Source of the DNA: Chiloscyllium plagiosum
Taxonomy: Eukaryota
Length of the DNA: 64,000 nucleotides
Direction: 5' to 3'
Assembly: GCF_004010195.1 (NCBI RefSeq)
Contig: NC_057718.1
Coordinates: forward strand, 94,302,617 to 94,366,616
The translations under genes and the position numbers were made by a program. This document shows positions 12,361 through 24,870 of the stretch, piece after piece; the stretch's first letter is position 1; each line of letters opens with the position of its first letter. A model generated the notes under the pieces. That model saw only the letters and a list, made by a program, of their open reading frames with translations, searched no databases and was not told the DNA's origin.

Positions 12361-15300
12361 TTCTCCTAAAAGTTGGAAATTTGATTGTAACCATTTGGAA
12401 ATTTTAAAGTGTGTTATGGGGTTGAGTGTTCATCTTCAAATCAAATGGCCATTGATTTTATTTAATGTCATGCATATATATGTGTATGCATGTTGTGCAT
12501 GTGAATGTTTGTGCATGTGTTTTGATCATGTTTGTTTGTGCAGCCTGTAAGAGACCCTATGTTTTATTTTTGGAATTATGAACTGAAATGGAAGTGAGTG
12601 CAATAACTAAGGAAAGAAACTAGGAGAGTTTTGCAACTTGAAAATCATATTGTTGAGTTGTGCAGTCCAATGCTGTGTTTTGAAACAGCAAGAGAGAGGA
12701 TTCAGACTGAACAGATTTGAGAATCTATTGAGTTCAGCACATTCTGCCTGACAGCTGCAGTCTTTCTGCTGAAAGTGAAGGCAGAATTGCCTGCCTGAAC
12801 TAAGAAATGATATATTGGCAAAGCGTCTATGACTAATGCAATTACAGCCGGGACCAAGAGATGGTTCATGTGAGCTAGCAAGGATTCCATCACTGTTAAA
12901 ACAGCTTTAGGATAGAACAGGAATCTAAAAGGCAAAAAAATAAAGGGCATTAGGTATAGTGCATCAGTGGCTGTGTGCATCTGATCTTCAGATATCCGAT
13001 AATTTGTGATTCATAATAGGATAGTAAGAAAAAGGAACAGTGGTAGACCACTCAGCCCCTCTGGTCCAGTCCACCATTTGGTAAGATATCAGCTGATCTG
13101 ATTGCAGACTTAACTCCATTTCTCTCAGTCCCCCAAAACATTGATTTCCTTATCAATCTGCAATCAGTCTAATTCAGTCTCGAATATATTCGAAGACCCA
13201 GCTCCCATTGCTCGCCGTGGAAGAGAATGCCAAAGGCTAATGATGTTCTAATGATGCTGGGTCCATAGTATTGATCACAGGAAAAGATGTCGTGCCATCA
13301 TTCTGCTGTTAAAGTCAAATCAGAGAAACGACATCATGCAGGTACCCAGGGAGCAGTGACAGTCTTCCATCCTCCCCCAGAATGGATAAATATGACAAGT
13401 TGTCGACTGGGGGAGGGGAGGGGGAGCATGCTGTAGGAATGGGGACTTGCTGTGCAGCTATTTCTACAACTCCTCTGCAATACATGCCATCACAGATGCA
13501 GGTCCCAACCCGTACTGCTGTGGAACACGCAATGCAACTCCTCTGAATTTCAGCCATGATTGTTTTGCAGAAAATAGGATCAGCAGTGGGCCACTCCCAA
13601 CCCTGAGCCTGTGCCAAGGGCCGATCTGATGTTGCCCTCAGTGCCACTTTGCCAGCTGTTCCGCATGACCCCTTACACTTGACCTTTGAGGATCACCCAT
13701 CGCGATGGGCAAGAGGAAAGGCGCTTGTCCAAAGTTAGCACTGTCGAGAAATGAAAATATTGGCATCATAGATCTGAGGGCCCACTGAGTTTGTCGCTAA
13801 CCTTGAACTGTTTGATTCACAGATATGTCTGAAGGCCGGCAAAATAAAAGAATAGTTAAGCAGTTTCCTTGTATCTATTTTTTGCACAGATGTCATGAGA
13901 TATGAAACGTGAAATATGGTCTGTGATTACGCCGTTTTTATGTTCATTGTTCAGTTGACCTTCTCACAACTTGTCGAGGACAAAGTGTTTCAAGATAATT
14001 CAGACAATCAAGCTCTCTGCATCCGAACGTTGGAGCCAGGAGTCCCGGGTTCAAGTCCCAACTGTTGCAGAAGAGTGCAACAACATCTCTGAGATGGATT
14101 AGAAAATATCCATAGTGATGTGGCTAGGGCTTGGGTGGAAATTATTTTTACCGCCTTTCCTTTTGCAAGCTGTGCTTCAGAAAATGGTCTCCTTATTCTT
14201 TACTGCTGAAAAAATGACACATTTTGTTGAAACTTCTGTGTTCTTCCACAGATTTCACCATCCAGAGGAAGGTGGGACTACCATCTTGTTCTGGGGTTGT
14301 CCGTGACATTCCCAATGTTCCAGCTGTAACACAATCCTGCCAGAGCAATGCCTTTTTCCAATGGTAGGATCAGCTGAGACATTGGGAGACCAGGTTCCAC
14401 AGCATGGACTGAGACTAGTGCACACAGACACGTTGTTACCCTACCATCATGGGACCCCACTGTCGTGCTTACCTGTAGGTCAGTATCAGAGCAGAGAGTG
14501 TGCTCTCCATCAGTCTGCCTCATCAAACCAGCAAAGACTCATTGCTGCCTCAGCAGACCACGTGCTTCACAAATGGTTAATTAGAACCTTTCACTGCGCT
14601 AATTCCAACCCTGCCTTCATTCATTGACTGTAGGGGTAGTAGAGGTAGAAACCCTCAGAATATTTAAGAAGTAATTGGATGTGCACTTGCATTTCCAAGG
14701 CCTACAAGGAAATAGGCTAAGTTCTGGAAAACGGGATTAGAATAGTTAGAGGGCTGTTTTTGACTGTGCAAACTGGATGGGCTGAAGGACCTTTTTCTGT
14801 GCTGTAGACCACTATGACTCTTTACACATTTACCTGTTAACCCAACCAGGCTTTAAGATCAGGAAGTGTGCGTTAATATGTACAAAGTAAAAACCCCAAT
14901 TAATGTCCTCTACCCAGAATGTATTAAATAAAATGAACACACAATTAACAGGTAGCACACATCTTTTTATTGAATACCAGCTACACCTACCCCTCAAATG
15001 AGGTGGCATACTTCATAGGCCACCTCTACTGGCATGAGGCTGAATACATTCTTTGGTTAATTATGTCCTTATCTATGATATTACTGCATCACATTAAAAA
15101 TAACCTACATTTAACATTTTAATTGTGAAGTATTAACACTATGGTCAATGACGTTGTCTTGATTACTCACGAATACACCAGCTGAATTTATATAAACTCG
15201 TTGGCAGTATGATAATCAAAGTTTCTTTACTCAAACAAACAGAATTAGGACATCAAACACACAAAGTCTTGATTTTCCAACATTGTGCAAACCGGTTCCA

Positions 15301-15854
15301 AGGAATCTCAACAATGCTTTAAATATTTGCAAGCTGTGCAGCCAAATACTAATGATACCAACCTCAAAACTCTGGGCTGCAGTTTGTGGCCTCTCATTAT
15401 TTGATCTGGTTGTGATTTGCTTTCACTGATGAGTTACATTACTCACACTGCTGAAGAAGGCTTACTTAAGGATTTCTCAATAAATACCTGGCAACCAACG
15501 CAGGAGAGTCAGAATTCACATGCAGGATTCATTGTTAGTTAGTCACAGAACATTAAGGAAGAAAATGTGTCTTTTATTTCGGGGAATTTAATCATTACAC
15601 AATAGGTGCCTGATGCGTAACCCTGGTGATTTTGACTGCCTGTCAAACTTTGACAAAAAAAAACTTCTACATGTTGGAACTGAACAGATCAGTTCTGCAG
15701 CTGTTTGGGAGCTTTACCAAGAATGATGTGTTCTCCTACAAGTATGCTGACCACAGCAAACTCTGTTTCTTCTGATGCTTTTGCTACCTCTGTACTGTCC
15801 TAGATGAACCATAATTTCCTCCTGTTGAACATTGTGGATATGGAAGTAGATTTG

Positions 15855-16208
15855 TAGAGTCATACAGCACAGAAACAGATCATTCAATCCTACCAGACCA
15901 TGCTGACCATAATCCTAAACTAGACAATCCCACTTGCCTGCGCTTGTTCTTCCAAACATTTCTTATTCATTTACTTATCTAAATGTCTTTTAGATGTTAT
16001 TAATGTATCCGCATCCACCACATCCTCTGGAAATTCATTCTCCACACAAATCACTCTCTGTGTCAAAAGATTGCCCCTCATGTCTTTTTAAAATCTTTCT
16101 CGTTTCAAATATACCCCCGCCGTCTTGAAATCCACCACCCTAGGGAAAACCACCTATTATTCACCTCATCTATCATTATTTTATAAACCTCTATAAGGTC
16201 ACCTCTCA
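15855..16208 (-). mobile_element. CR1/HER1 3' fragment
   Basis: Similar to 11370-11727; degenerate PLE terminus follows at ~16222-16320. Confidence 0.8.
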
Positions 16209-16594
16209 AATCAGAGGATGAACTGGAGGAAGGGTCAATGGACTCGAAATATTAACTCTGCTTTTTCTCAACCGTTGCTATAAGACCTACTCAGTTTGTC
16301 CAGCAATTTCTGATTTTTTTCCTGTTGTACCATGTTCGTTTCTCAAAGCAACTATTATTTCTGGTAATAAAATAGAACAAAACTATTTAATCCTGTGGTT
16401 CTCAAAGCTTTTCAGATTGGGCCGTAATAAAAAAATTCTGAACCTCTCACATTCCTTTATGGAGGCTTTAGCACTAAGTCTGTAAATGAAGAATCTTATC
16501 ACTTACCAATGCAAATCATAGTCCCTATCTTCCTTCTCTCTATCTTTTTATCATCATCGTTAACTTTTGTTTGTGTCTTTTTCCTTCACTTTCT

Positions 16595-16824
16595 ATCAGT
16601 CTTGTCTTCCACTTCTTTAAAAAGGATGAGGAACATCACCCTGTGGTTATCTCCCTCGTTAACACATTTTCTGAAATTTCCGGAATATTTAATATTCCTG
16701 TTCCAGCAATAAAGTTTCAACATCAGTCTTGTCTTCCACTTCTTTAAAAAGGATGAGGAACATCACTCTGTGGTTATCTCCCTCGTTAACACATTTTCTG
16801 AAATTTCCGGAATATTTAATATTC
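16595..16824. repeat. 103-bp direct duplication flanking a 24-nt Penelope terminus
   Basis: 16595-16697 and 16722-16824 differ at one base; spacer 16698-16721 identical to 60696-60719. Confidence 0.95.
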
Positions 16825-17219
16825 TGAGTAGATGCATTATTATCGATGGCATGTTTTGTTTCTTGTCAAATATGCATTCTTGCTGCGTGCAATCATGTGT
16901 TGAGATTTTTTAATTTTTCCCAACAAAAAAGAATAAGTTTAAATTGTTTTAAAAAGACATTTCTCTAAATTAGAGAGAAAATAAGTCTTACAATCCTCAT
17001 CCTGGCGTAGATCAAATTCAGAATGAAACATTCGTCAGAAGGTCAAAGCTGATTTGCTATTTTCTGTGTCAGAAGCAGTAATACGAAGTTGGTTAAAATT
17101 TAAAAGCCACACTGATCTCAGATTTCATATACAAAACATCTTTTTCATGATTAATTTACATTTCCTTCAGGGACAAAAATTTCACTAAAAAATCATCCAT
17201 TTGTGACAAATAAGGTGGA

Positions 17220-17720
17220 TAAAAGCAAATTACTGCAGATGCTGGAATCTGAAACCAAAAGAGAAAATGCTGGAAAATCTCAGCAGGTCTGGCAGCATCA
17301 GTAAGGAGAGAAAAGAGCTAACGTTACGAGTCTAACTGACCCTTTGTCAAAGCTAAAAAAAGGGAGAAATAGGGAGGTATTTATACTAGGCTGAGAGAAG
17401 GTGAGTTGTGGCTCCAGAAACAAAGGTAGCAATAAAGAGGTGATAATGACAGTGCATAGAGAGATTATAGGGAGATTAGGAGCTGTGAATGACCAAGGAG
17501 GAGTGACAAAATATGTGGAGGATGGCTGAAGCAGAGGCAAAATGGAAAACAGGAAAGAAGGGTAGCAAAGGGGGAAGAGGAGAGGAAAAAGGTGATGAAA
17601 GTGGGGAGCGAGAGAAAGAGAGACAATCAAGAAATAAGAGGTACAGAACAATGAAAAAAAATTTAAAAAGATAAATAAAATAAATGAAATGAGAGTTAAA
17701 GGTGGCATTATGTTCTAAGA
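17220..17720 (-). mobile_element. Penelope-like terminus (degenerate hammerhead) with purine-rich extension
   Basis: ACTGCAGATGCTGGAATC..CAGCAGGTCTGGCAGCATC; minus AGCU-UUGACAA-A-GGGUC..GACUC-GUAAC-GUU-AGCU. Confidence 0.7.
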
Positions 17721-18319
17721 AGAGCCTTATAATGCCAAAAAGAGATGACAATGTTGTGGATTAGGAGGATTTTAAGATTGAGCAAACCATGATCAAGAAA
17801 TTGGTAGAGAGAAAATAGAATATGAGAGTAAACTAGCAAGAGAAATAAGAACATGTATTTGTAGACATATAAAAGGGAAGAGATGCATGAAAATGGACAT
17901 GGATCTCAGCAGGTAAAGATAAGAGAACCTATGCTGGAGAATTAGAAAATGGCAGCAATATTAAATGTATAATTTATGTCTGTCTTCAAAGGTGAAAGGT
18001 ACAAAAACATTCTGCAAAGGGAGGGAACTATAGGTCCAATGAGTTGGGTAACTTATTAGAAATAAGAAGAGAGAGTGCTGGAAATACAGACAGTGCTAAA
18101 GTCTCAAATCAAAATCTTCAGATTACCTCAGATTTCCAGCCTTTGCAGTATTTGATTTGATTAAAGCAATTAATGTCAGTGTAGTAATAATATTGAAGGA
18201 ATGAATGGAACTAAAAACCAAGAAATCCTACATGTGAAGCTTAGAAAAGCTAGCTGCAAAGATAATGGATGAATTTTCTTTGACTTTCCAGGCGCACGGG
18301 ACTTTAGAATGGTCTCTGT

Positions 18320-19050
18320 TATAGGAGTGTATCGTGCCAGCCAATGCTAACACGGGGCTGGATAGATTGCTGGCACCAACCTCCTTTTCTGTCTGAGACT
18401 ACGGACGTATTTGGTCAATGTGGAAGCAGAAAAATACTTGGCCATCTCATGAGAAGAGGTTCTTAAAGTTGTTTTTTGTTCGATAGCAGTCAGGTCAGGT
18501 AAGGTCACCATAGGGTTGGTCTCTCATTTCAGAGATGACTGGTGACAGCTTAACCCCCTGAGGGGTTAGGCAAGGTTGAAAAGGAGGGTCCTTCATGATA
18601 GCCTGAGCTCTTACAAGAATTGAACCCACACTTTTAATATCAGTCTACACTATAAGCCAGCCATCCAGCTAATAGACCCCATGATATAATGGAGAGTAGA
18701 ATGTGATTTGTTCATTATTCAGATACCAGGCAGGTCCAAGCTAGACATAGTTACAAAGACTGTGAGGAGACTGAGATAATAGATCTATCTTCCTCGGATT
18801 TTCTGCCTTTTCCCACACAAGTCCTTATGAGTTATTAGATTGGGTAGAGTTTATTGTAGCCTTCAGCATAACCCTTTCAGAACCATGACCCTTTCAGAAC
18901 CATAACCATTATATGACAATCCTTGGACTGGAAAGTAACAAACATAACCCTGCTGTTCTGGAAGTAGGGAAAGCCTGATATCAGTCATAGACAAAATGTA
19001 AGGATCTGTTATTAGGGATATGATAACAGGGCACCCAGAAAGCATGTGTG
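18320..19050 (+). pseudogene. Decayed hepadna-like capsid/terminal-protein sequence, copy C (split by a SINE)
   Basis: NLLFCLRLRTYLVNVEAEKYL (from 18378) aligns to copy A NLWDCLNLDQFLSRVVEKKHL; LDIVTKTVRR (from 18741) aligns to IDLVAETMRR; then LY, WKVTNI, HPES. Homology among copies is seen; viral identity is inferred. Confidence 0.55.
18500..18680 (-). mobile_element. tRNA-derived SINE (second family)
   Basis: GAATTGAACCC (reverse B box); similar to 52155-52365, 35170-35345, 42855-43050. Confidence 0.65.
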
Positions 19051-19337
19051 TAATTTAGCAAAGCCAACTTAGACATTCAACAGAAATCATATTCAATAAA
19101 CTTTATAGGTTGTGACTAGTAGGTAAGAGGGACACACTGGGTATACTAGATTTTTAAAAAGCATTCAATAAATTGCCCAACAAGAGAGTATTATACAAAT
19201 TAGTATCTTAGCATTGAGGGTAATATATCAGCAGGAATTGAGGATTGGTTAATAGACAGAAACGAAGTGGAGGAAAAACAAATAATTTTCTGTTGTGGGC
19301 TGGAATGAATGGTATACTGAGAGTGTCACTAATTGAG

Positions 19338-19451
19338 GGCTGAAAATGTGTTGCTGGAAAAGCGCAGCAGGTCAGGCAGCATCCAGGGAACAGGAGAATC
19401 GACGTTTCGGGCATAAGCCCTTCTCCAGCATCTGCAGACCTCACTTTCTCC
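19338..19451. mobile_element. Mini Penelope terminus insertion with inverted tail
   Basis: Perfect 14-bp TSD TGTCACTAATTGAG (19324-19337, 19452-19465). Confidence 0.9.
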
Positions 19452-19578
19452 TGTCACTAATTGAGTCTCACTATTCACAATCTATTTCAATGACTTTGAC
19501 AAAGGTACTTATTATGACATCTGCTGGTTCATTGATAATACAAATCTGAGTAGACAACTAAGGGTTGAAAAGGACATG

Positions 19579-20160
19579 TGTGATGATGCTGTCACTTTAA
19601 GAAGGTTATTTTGTCCTTAGTTTTTTGAAGAGAGGTTGTAAAGGCAGAGGTGCTGATGATTCTAGTTTAACAATGGAATGGGAATGGCCAGTTCTCCCAA
19701 TTCAGTTTTTTTCTTGTTTATATTTTAGCTGTAGCAGTCGCTCTGTGTGAGTACAGGGAAGTTGCAAGCTTCAGCAAAAGATACCTGAATTTCTTTGAAA
19801 TCTCTCTCTGGATGTTGTTTCCTCCTGCTGTAAGAATCTGTGTTTGAATTTACCTTTTTGCCAAGGGGTGCATTTATGGCATGTTACTGTATTCAAACAG
19901 TTAATTAGTTAAGTTGCTATATCAAGTCAGTTGAGATTTCCAATAGTTAAGTTATTCTAAATTCTGCTTCCTTTTGTTTGTTTTTCAACCAGAATGTTTA
20001 AATAAATTCTGTTTTGCTTAAAGCCGAGTGGTTTGACCAGCTGCATCACACCCAGAATATCCACTTCACACTTGCCTTTAAAATAAGAAAAGGTTCGGGT
20101 ATGGACTACCTTCTTAAAATAGTTTGAGGAGGGGGGGGAGTTCTGGCCTGGTTCATAACA
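19579..20160 (+). mobile_element. Solo LTR (582 bp)
   Basis: TGTGATGA...TCATAACA ends, 4-bp TSD CATG, AATAAA near 20001; CR1 sequence rejoins across it; related fragment at ~39758-39858. Confidence 0.85.
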
Positions 20161-21499
20161 CATGAAGAGAGTGCAGATGGGCATCAACAGGTTAAATGAG
20201 TGAGAAAGAGGGTGATTGATGGAATATAATGAGGGGAAATGTTTACTTATCTACGTTGGATCCCTTTGAATGTAAGTGTTGTATCCAACTTCACCTTGAA
20301 ATTGTACAATGCTTTCCCTTTGACTGCCTTTTGTGGCAGAGAATTCCACAGGCTCACCACTCTCTGGGTGAAGACATTTCTCCTCATCTCAGCCCTAAAC
20401 AGTTTGTAACCCCTAGTTCCAGTGGCTCCGGCTACGGGGAATATACCTTCCCTCATCAGATGCCAGGTGGGTAGGGTATATCGGCTGCCAGGTTACTGGG
20501 GATAATGTGGCAGGATGCAAAATAAGTGGAGTGCCAGCTGAGTAGGATGCTAGGTGGATTGGGTGTCATGTAGTTAAGGTGCTAGGTGAATAAGATGCCA
20601 GCATGGTAGTGTGCCAAGTAGATAGGTAGGATACCAGGTAAGTCGGGTCAAGAGTGAGATGTGGGGAAGGTGACACATAAATGCTGACATTTGAAGATAG
20701 ATTGGGGCAGGTGCTGGGTCTGTCAGAGTTTGCAAGGTGGGTGTTAGGGGCTACATTTTGGGAGACTGAATGAATATCAGGGGGACAGTAGAGGGTTTCA
20801 GGGCTGGTGGGTAATAGGGGTGGGGGTCATGGGGACTGGGACATTGCATGCAGGGAAAGACATTCAGCTCATGGATTAGACCCAGCTGTCTCTCAGGGAA
20901 CCTTGCTCTTTGGGCTCCCTCAATTTGTGACTACCTTCATACTCACAGCATCCCTGCCTTGCCTTTTCGCCCCCTCAGCCAGATCTTAAATGCTCACTGT
21001 TCTTCTCTCCTGCCTTAGTGATCATCATAGACTCAAAGCCTGGCAGCAGCAACAGGTCATGGTGTGTGCGGGTTACCGTACAGCACTGTGCAATGTCAAT
21101 CTCACAACTGACACACATACTGATGACATATGTGTGAAACACTTGCTACGTATGGCACATTAACTGAATGGTCATGCCTCAAAGTCTAAGAGGAGTAAGT
21201 CGCAGGAGACACTGTTCAGTCAGGGAGTTCCCAGCAACAGTAGCCAACCATGTTAGACCAAGAGGTTGAGGACAGTTATTTAGCCAATAGGGAGAGTCCC
21301 TGCCAGGGAGTCTACACTTCTGCAGTCCAGGGACTGGTCAGCTGTATGGGTCCAGTGCCACCAGTGCAGGAATCATGAGAAAGCAGTTGGAGAACTGCAC
21401 AGAGATCAGAAGTTTGGTTCCCTCATTGTTCTGGCCTGTCTGTCTAAGACATGGGCTACACTCAGTCCCGGTGGTCTGTCCACTAAATGTCAAGGCAAT

Positions 21500-22330
21500 G
21501 GCAATCTTCAATAAGAGAGAATGTAACTATAACTCTTTGATGTTCAATGGCATTATCATCACTGAATCCCCAATTATTAACCACCTGTTCTGAGGAAGGG
21601 TCAATGGACCCGAAACGTTAACTCTGATTTCTCTCCACACATGCCAGACCTGCTGAGCTTTCTCAGCAAATTCTCTTTTCATATCAACAACCTTAGGGTT
21701 ACCATCAACCAGAGACTGAACTGGACCAGCCTTATAAATATAGGGACTATAAGAACAGATCAAAACCTAGAAATTTTGCAGGGAGTAACTCACTTTCTGT
21801 CTGTTCAAAGCCTCTCAACCATCGAGAAGGCACAAGTTGATACTGTGATTAAATTTTCCCCACTTTCTTGGATGAGTGCAGCTTCAGAAGCTTGACACAA
21901 TCCAGAACAAAGCAGCCTGTTTGATTGGCATTCCATCCACCACCTTCAACATTCACTCGCTTCGCCATAACGCACAGTTACGGCAGTGTGTACCATTTAC
22001 AAGACACACTGCAGCAACTCACTAAAGCTCTCCTCACAAAACATTGTCAACCTATGATCTCTGCCCCCAAGAAGATCAAGGGCAACAGATACAAGAAACA
22101 CCACCACCTGCAAGTCCTCCTCCAAGTCACGTGCAATTCTGACTTGAGAATATATCGTCGTTCCTTCTCTGTTACTAAGTCAAAATCTGGAACTCATCTC
22201 CAAACAGCACTATGGGATCTCTGCAACATGAGGATTTCCACAGATCAAGAAGGCAGCTCACCATCACCTCCTGCAGGGGAAGAACATCAAACGCTGGACT
22301 GGCTCGTGACACCCACATCCTTTAAACACA
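21500..22330 (+). mobile_element. CR1/L2-group LINE 3' fragment (same family as 60005-61120)
   Basis: VTINQRLNWTS..LSTIEKAQV; colinear similarity with 60260-61120. Confidence 0.75.
21587..21681 (+). mobile_element. Penelope terminus with intact minimal hammerhead motif
   Basis: GUU-CUGAGGA-A-GGGUC aaug GACCC-GAAAC-GUU-AAC (21587-21622); imperfect duplication TAT(T/C)AAC(C/A)ACCT on both sides. Confidence 0.85.
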
Positions 22331-22387
22331 TTTAAATGAAAAATAAATATCATAAAATAATGAGTTCCATTGACTAATATCACAGCT

Positions 22388-22681
22388 AGATTAGATTCCC
22401 TACAATGTGGAAACAGGCCTTCAGCCCAACAAGTCCACACCAACCCTCCAAAGAGCAAACCATCCAGACCCATTCCCCTCTGACTCATGCACCTAACTCT
22501 ACAGGCAATTTAGCATGGCTAATTCATCTATCCTGCACATCTTTGGACTGTGGGAGGAAACCCACACAGACACACGGAGAATGTGCAAACTCTACACAGA
22601 CTGTTGCCTGAGGTGGAAATTGTACCCAGGTCCCTAGCACTGTGAGTCAGCAGTGCTAACTACTGAGCCACCGTGCCACCC
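22388..22681 (-). mobile_element. HE1 SINE
   Basis: Reverse complement of 8792-9115 family. Confidence 0.9.
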
Positions 22682-23557
22682 ATATGATGTTAAAAGAGTC
22701 TTTTCAGTGAAGCTTTGGTTTTATAAAAATATTAATATCAGCATGTGTCTTATTCAATATCCATTGAATCCACAGTCAAAACAGATCTTGACCTCAAAAA
22801 TTAAACCACAACAATGTTTGTATTTGTTAATCTGAAGGAAAATACTAAAGGCAATACAATTTTTGTGTGAGGTCATGCCTCCCACATAACTTGCGTCATC
22901 GTATATTTCTGTAAAAGTTCTGATTAATTTACTCAGGTTGTCCATTTCCTGTGCTAGAATTTGCGAAATTGAGATAATTAAAGTTGATTTTGGCAGCTTG
23001 TCTACTCCACAGCCCCCGATCAGTCCTTCATCTTTAGTCAAATCTTTGAACCATTCTCGCACAAAGGACTGCTTTTTCAAATTTGAGGCCAAGAAATAGG
23101 TGGCACATGCACTTCCATGTTTTTCCTCACCATCACAACCACCACCTCCTCCACTCCCCACCACTAGGGGGAATCATTCACTCTCTGGGATTTTTTTAGA
23201 GAGATGGTAATTTAAGTGGAGAAAGGCTCCCAGTCAAATTATAGAGCGTGGCTAGACTGTCCAAGTTGAGGGCTTCATCTAAGACCTTCCATTTTGAGAG
23301 GAGCAACAGCCAGGTGTAGGAGAGGGTAAGTGACTGAGAGGGTGCTACAAAATGGAGGGCACCCTCCATACAGCTCTCCCCAACATTCAAATGAAAAGCC
23401 GAGAAAGCAGCCAGGCCACTGTTGTAATTGGAGGCCTAGGTAGAAATCCCTTCCATGGGCAGCCTTGGACTGTGCCTGCCTCATGATGTCAAGAATGGCT
23501 CACGGGCCTGACTGGGCACTAAGGCCCCACACACCAACCTTGGTAAAAATGGCTAAC

Positions 23558-23791
23558 AGTTTGCACGTTCTCCCCGTGTCTGCATGGGTTTCCTCTGGGT
23601 GCTCCGATTTCCTCCCAAAGTCCAAAATAAGTGTGCAGGTTAGGCGAATTGGCCTTGCTAAATTGCCCGTAGTGTTAGGTGAAGGGGGAAATGGAGGGGA
23701 ATGGGTCTGGGTGGGTTGTGCTTCAGTGGGTCGTTGTGAACTTGTTGGGCCGAAGGGCCTATTTCCACACTGTAAGTAATCTAATCTAATC
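23558..23791 (+). mobile_element. HE1 SINE, 5'-truncated
   Basis: Core plus TGGGCCGAAGGGCC and (TAATC)n tail. Confidence 0.9.
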
Positions 23792-24377
23792 AGGTATGGG
23801 GCTAAGAAGTCAGCACAGGTGGCTGGGCCTAGTATTTTTTCACTTTTTCCCTTTCATACCCAACTTCAAACCAACATAAACATTCAGCCCAAGCATTCAT
23901 GATGCATATCATGATGTTTCTAGGAAATATATTTCATCAATCGAGAGATACAGGGAGACTTTCCACATAACATAATTGTAGAAAAAAGCAGATAAATAAA
24001 TGAGAGTGATACGTGTTTATTTTTATTGTGTTACTCATTCCTATTCAGCTTGTACAATGTATACTACTTGTGGGCAATAAATTGAAGCAAGAACTTTCAC
24101 TGTTGTATACTGATTTTGTTACAATGAAATGGAGAATGGTCTCTTGTAACCTGACTTTCACAAAACGTCACAGCCATGGGTTATTTTTGAAATGTAGCCA
24201 ATTTTCTTGTGATAAATTATCTACTAAGGGATGAAAGTTTCTTCTCCCACTCCATATTTGGATCAAATTTTATAACCTCCATAGAGACCAATAGTCTTTA
24301 AAGAGATAGCCAAACTTCCAGTCAACAGCTAAAAGAATTCATGTCAAGATTTCACATTTTAGAACCTTTACTGGAAC

Positions 24378-24745
24378 TGAGGGTGACCTTATAGAGTTTT
24401 ATAAAATCATGAGGGGCATTGTTAGGGTGAATAGGCCAAGATCTTTTCCTTGGGATGGGGGGAGGTCCAGAACTAGAGAACAGAGGTTTAAGGTGAGAGG
24501 GGAAAGATTTAAAAGGGACCTCAGGGGCAACTTTGTCATGCAAACAGTGGTGCGTGTATGGAGTGAGCTGCCAGAGGAAGTGGGCAATGGACACAGTAGA
24601 TGATGTGTGGAAGTGCAGGTAAATCTGTCAGATGTCGAAGGACCCTTTGGGACTTTGGACGGAGGTGAGGGGCGGAGGAGTGGGTGCAGGTTTTGCATTT
24701 CTTGCGGTGAAAGGGAAGGTGCCGGGAGTGGAGGGTGGCTTTGGA
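24378..24745. mobile_element. CR1 fragment (+, to ~24585) joined to PLE GIY-YIG-region fragment (-)
   Basis: FKVRGERFKRDLRGN; minus PKGPST..DRFTCTS. Confidence 0.7.
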
Positions 24746-24870
24746 ACACTGGAAGTCTAATCATTGTGGTCCTAGAAAATGTAATTATTTTCCATAAGTC
24801 TAAATGTTTTGCACATCCTTTTCTTGTTCAGAGCTACAGTCTCAAAATATAGTAAACCTGTTTCCAAAAG

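Larger units (their letters stand above)
17770..20255 (+). mobile_element. Old CR1 ORF2 remnant fragmented by several later insertions
   Basis: Pieces at ~17770-18315, ~19055-19578, 20161-20255 (LDF.KAFNKLP, FTIYFNDF, NRLNE). Confidence 0.7.

Noticed and set aside
17298..17751. Hydrophobic F/L/S-rich ORFs
   Set aside because: Antisense of a low-complexity purine-rich repeat segment.
22754..23164. 136-aa minus-strand ORF
   Set aside because: No recognisable domain, no convincing splice sites, no similarity to the hepadna-like copies.
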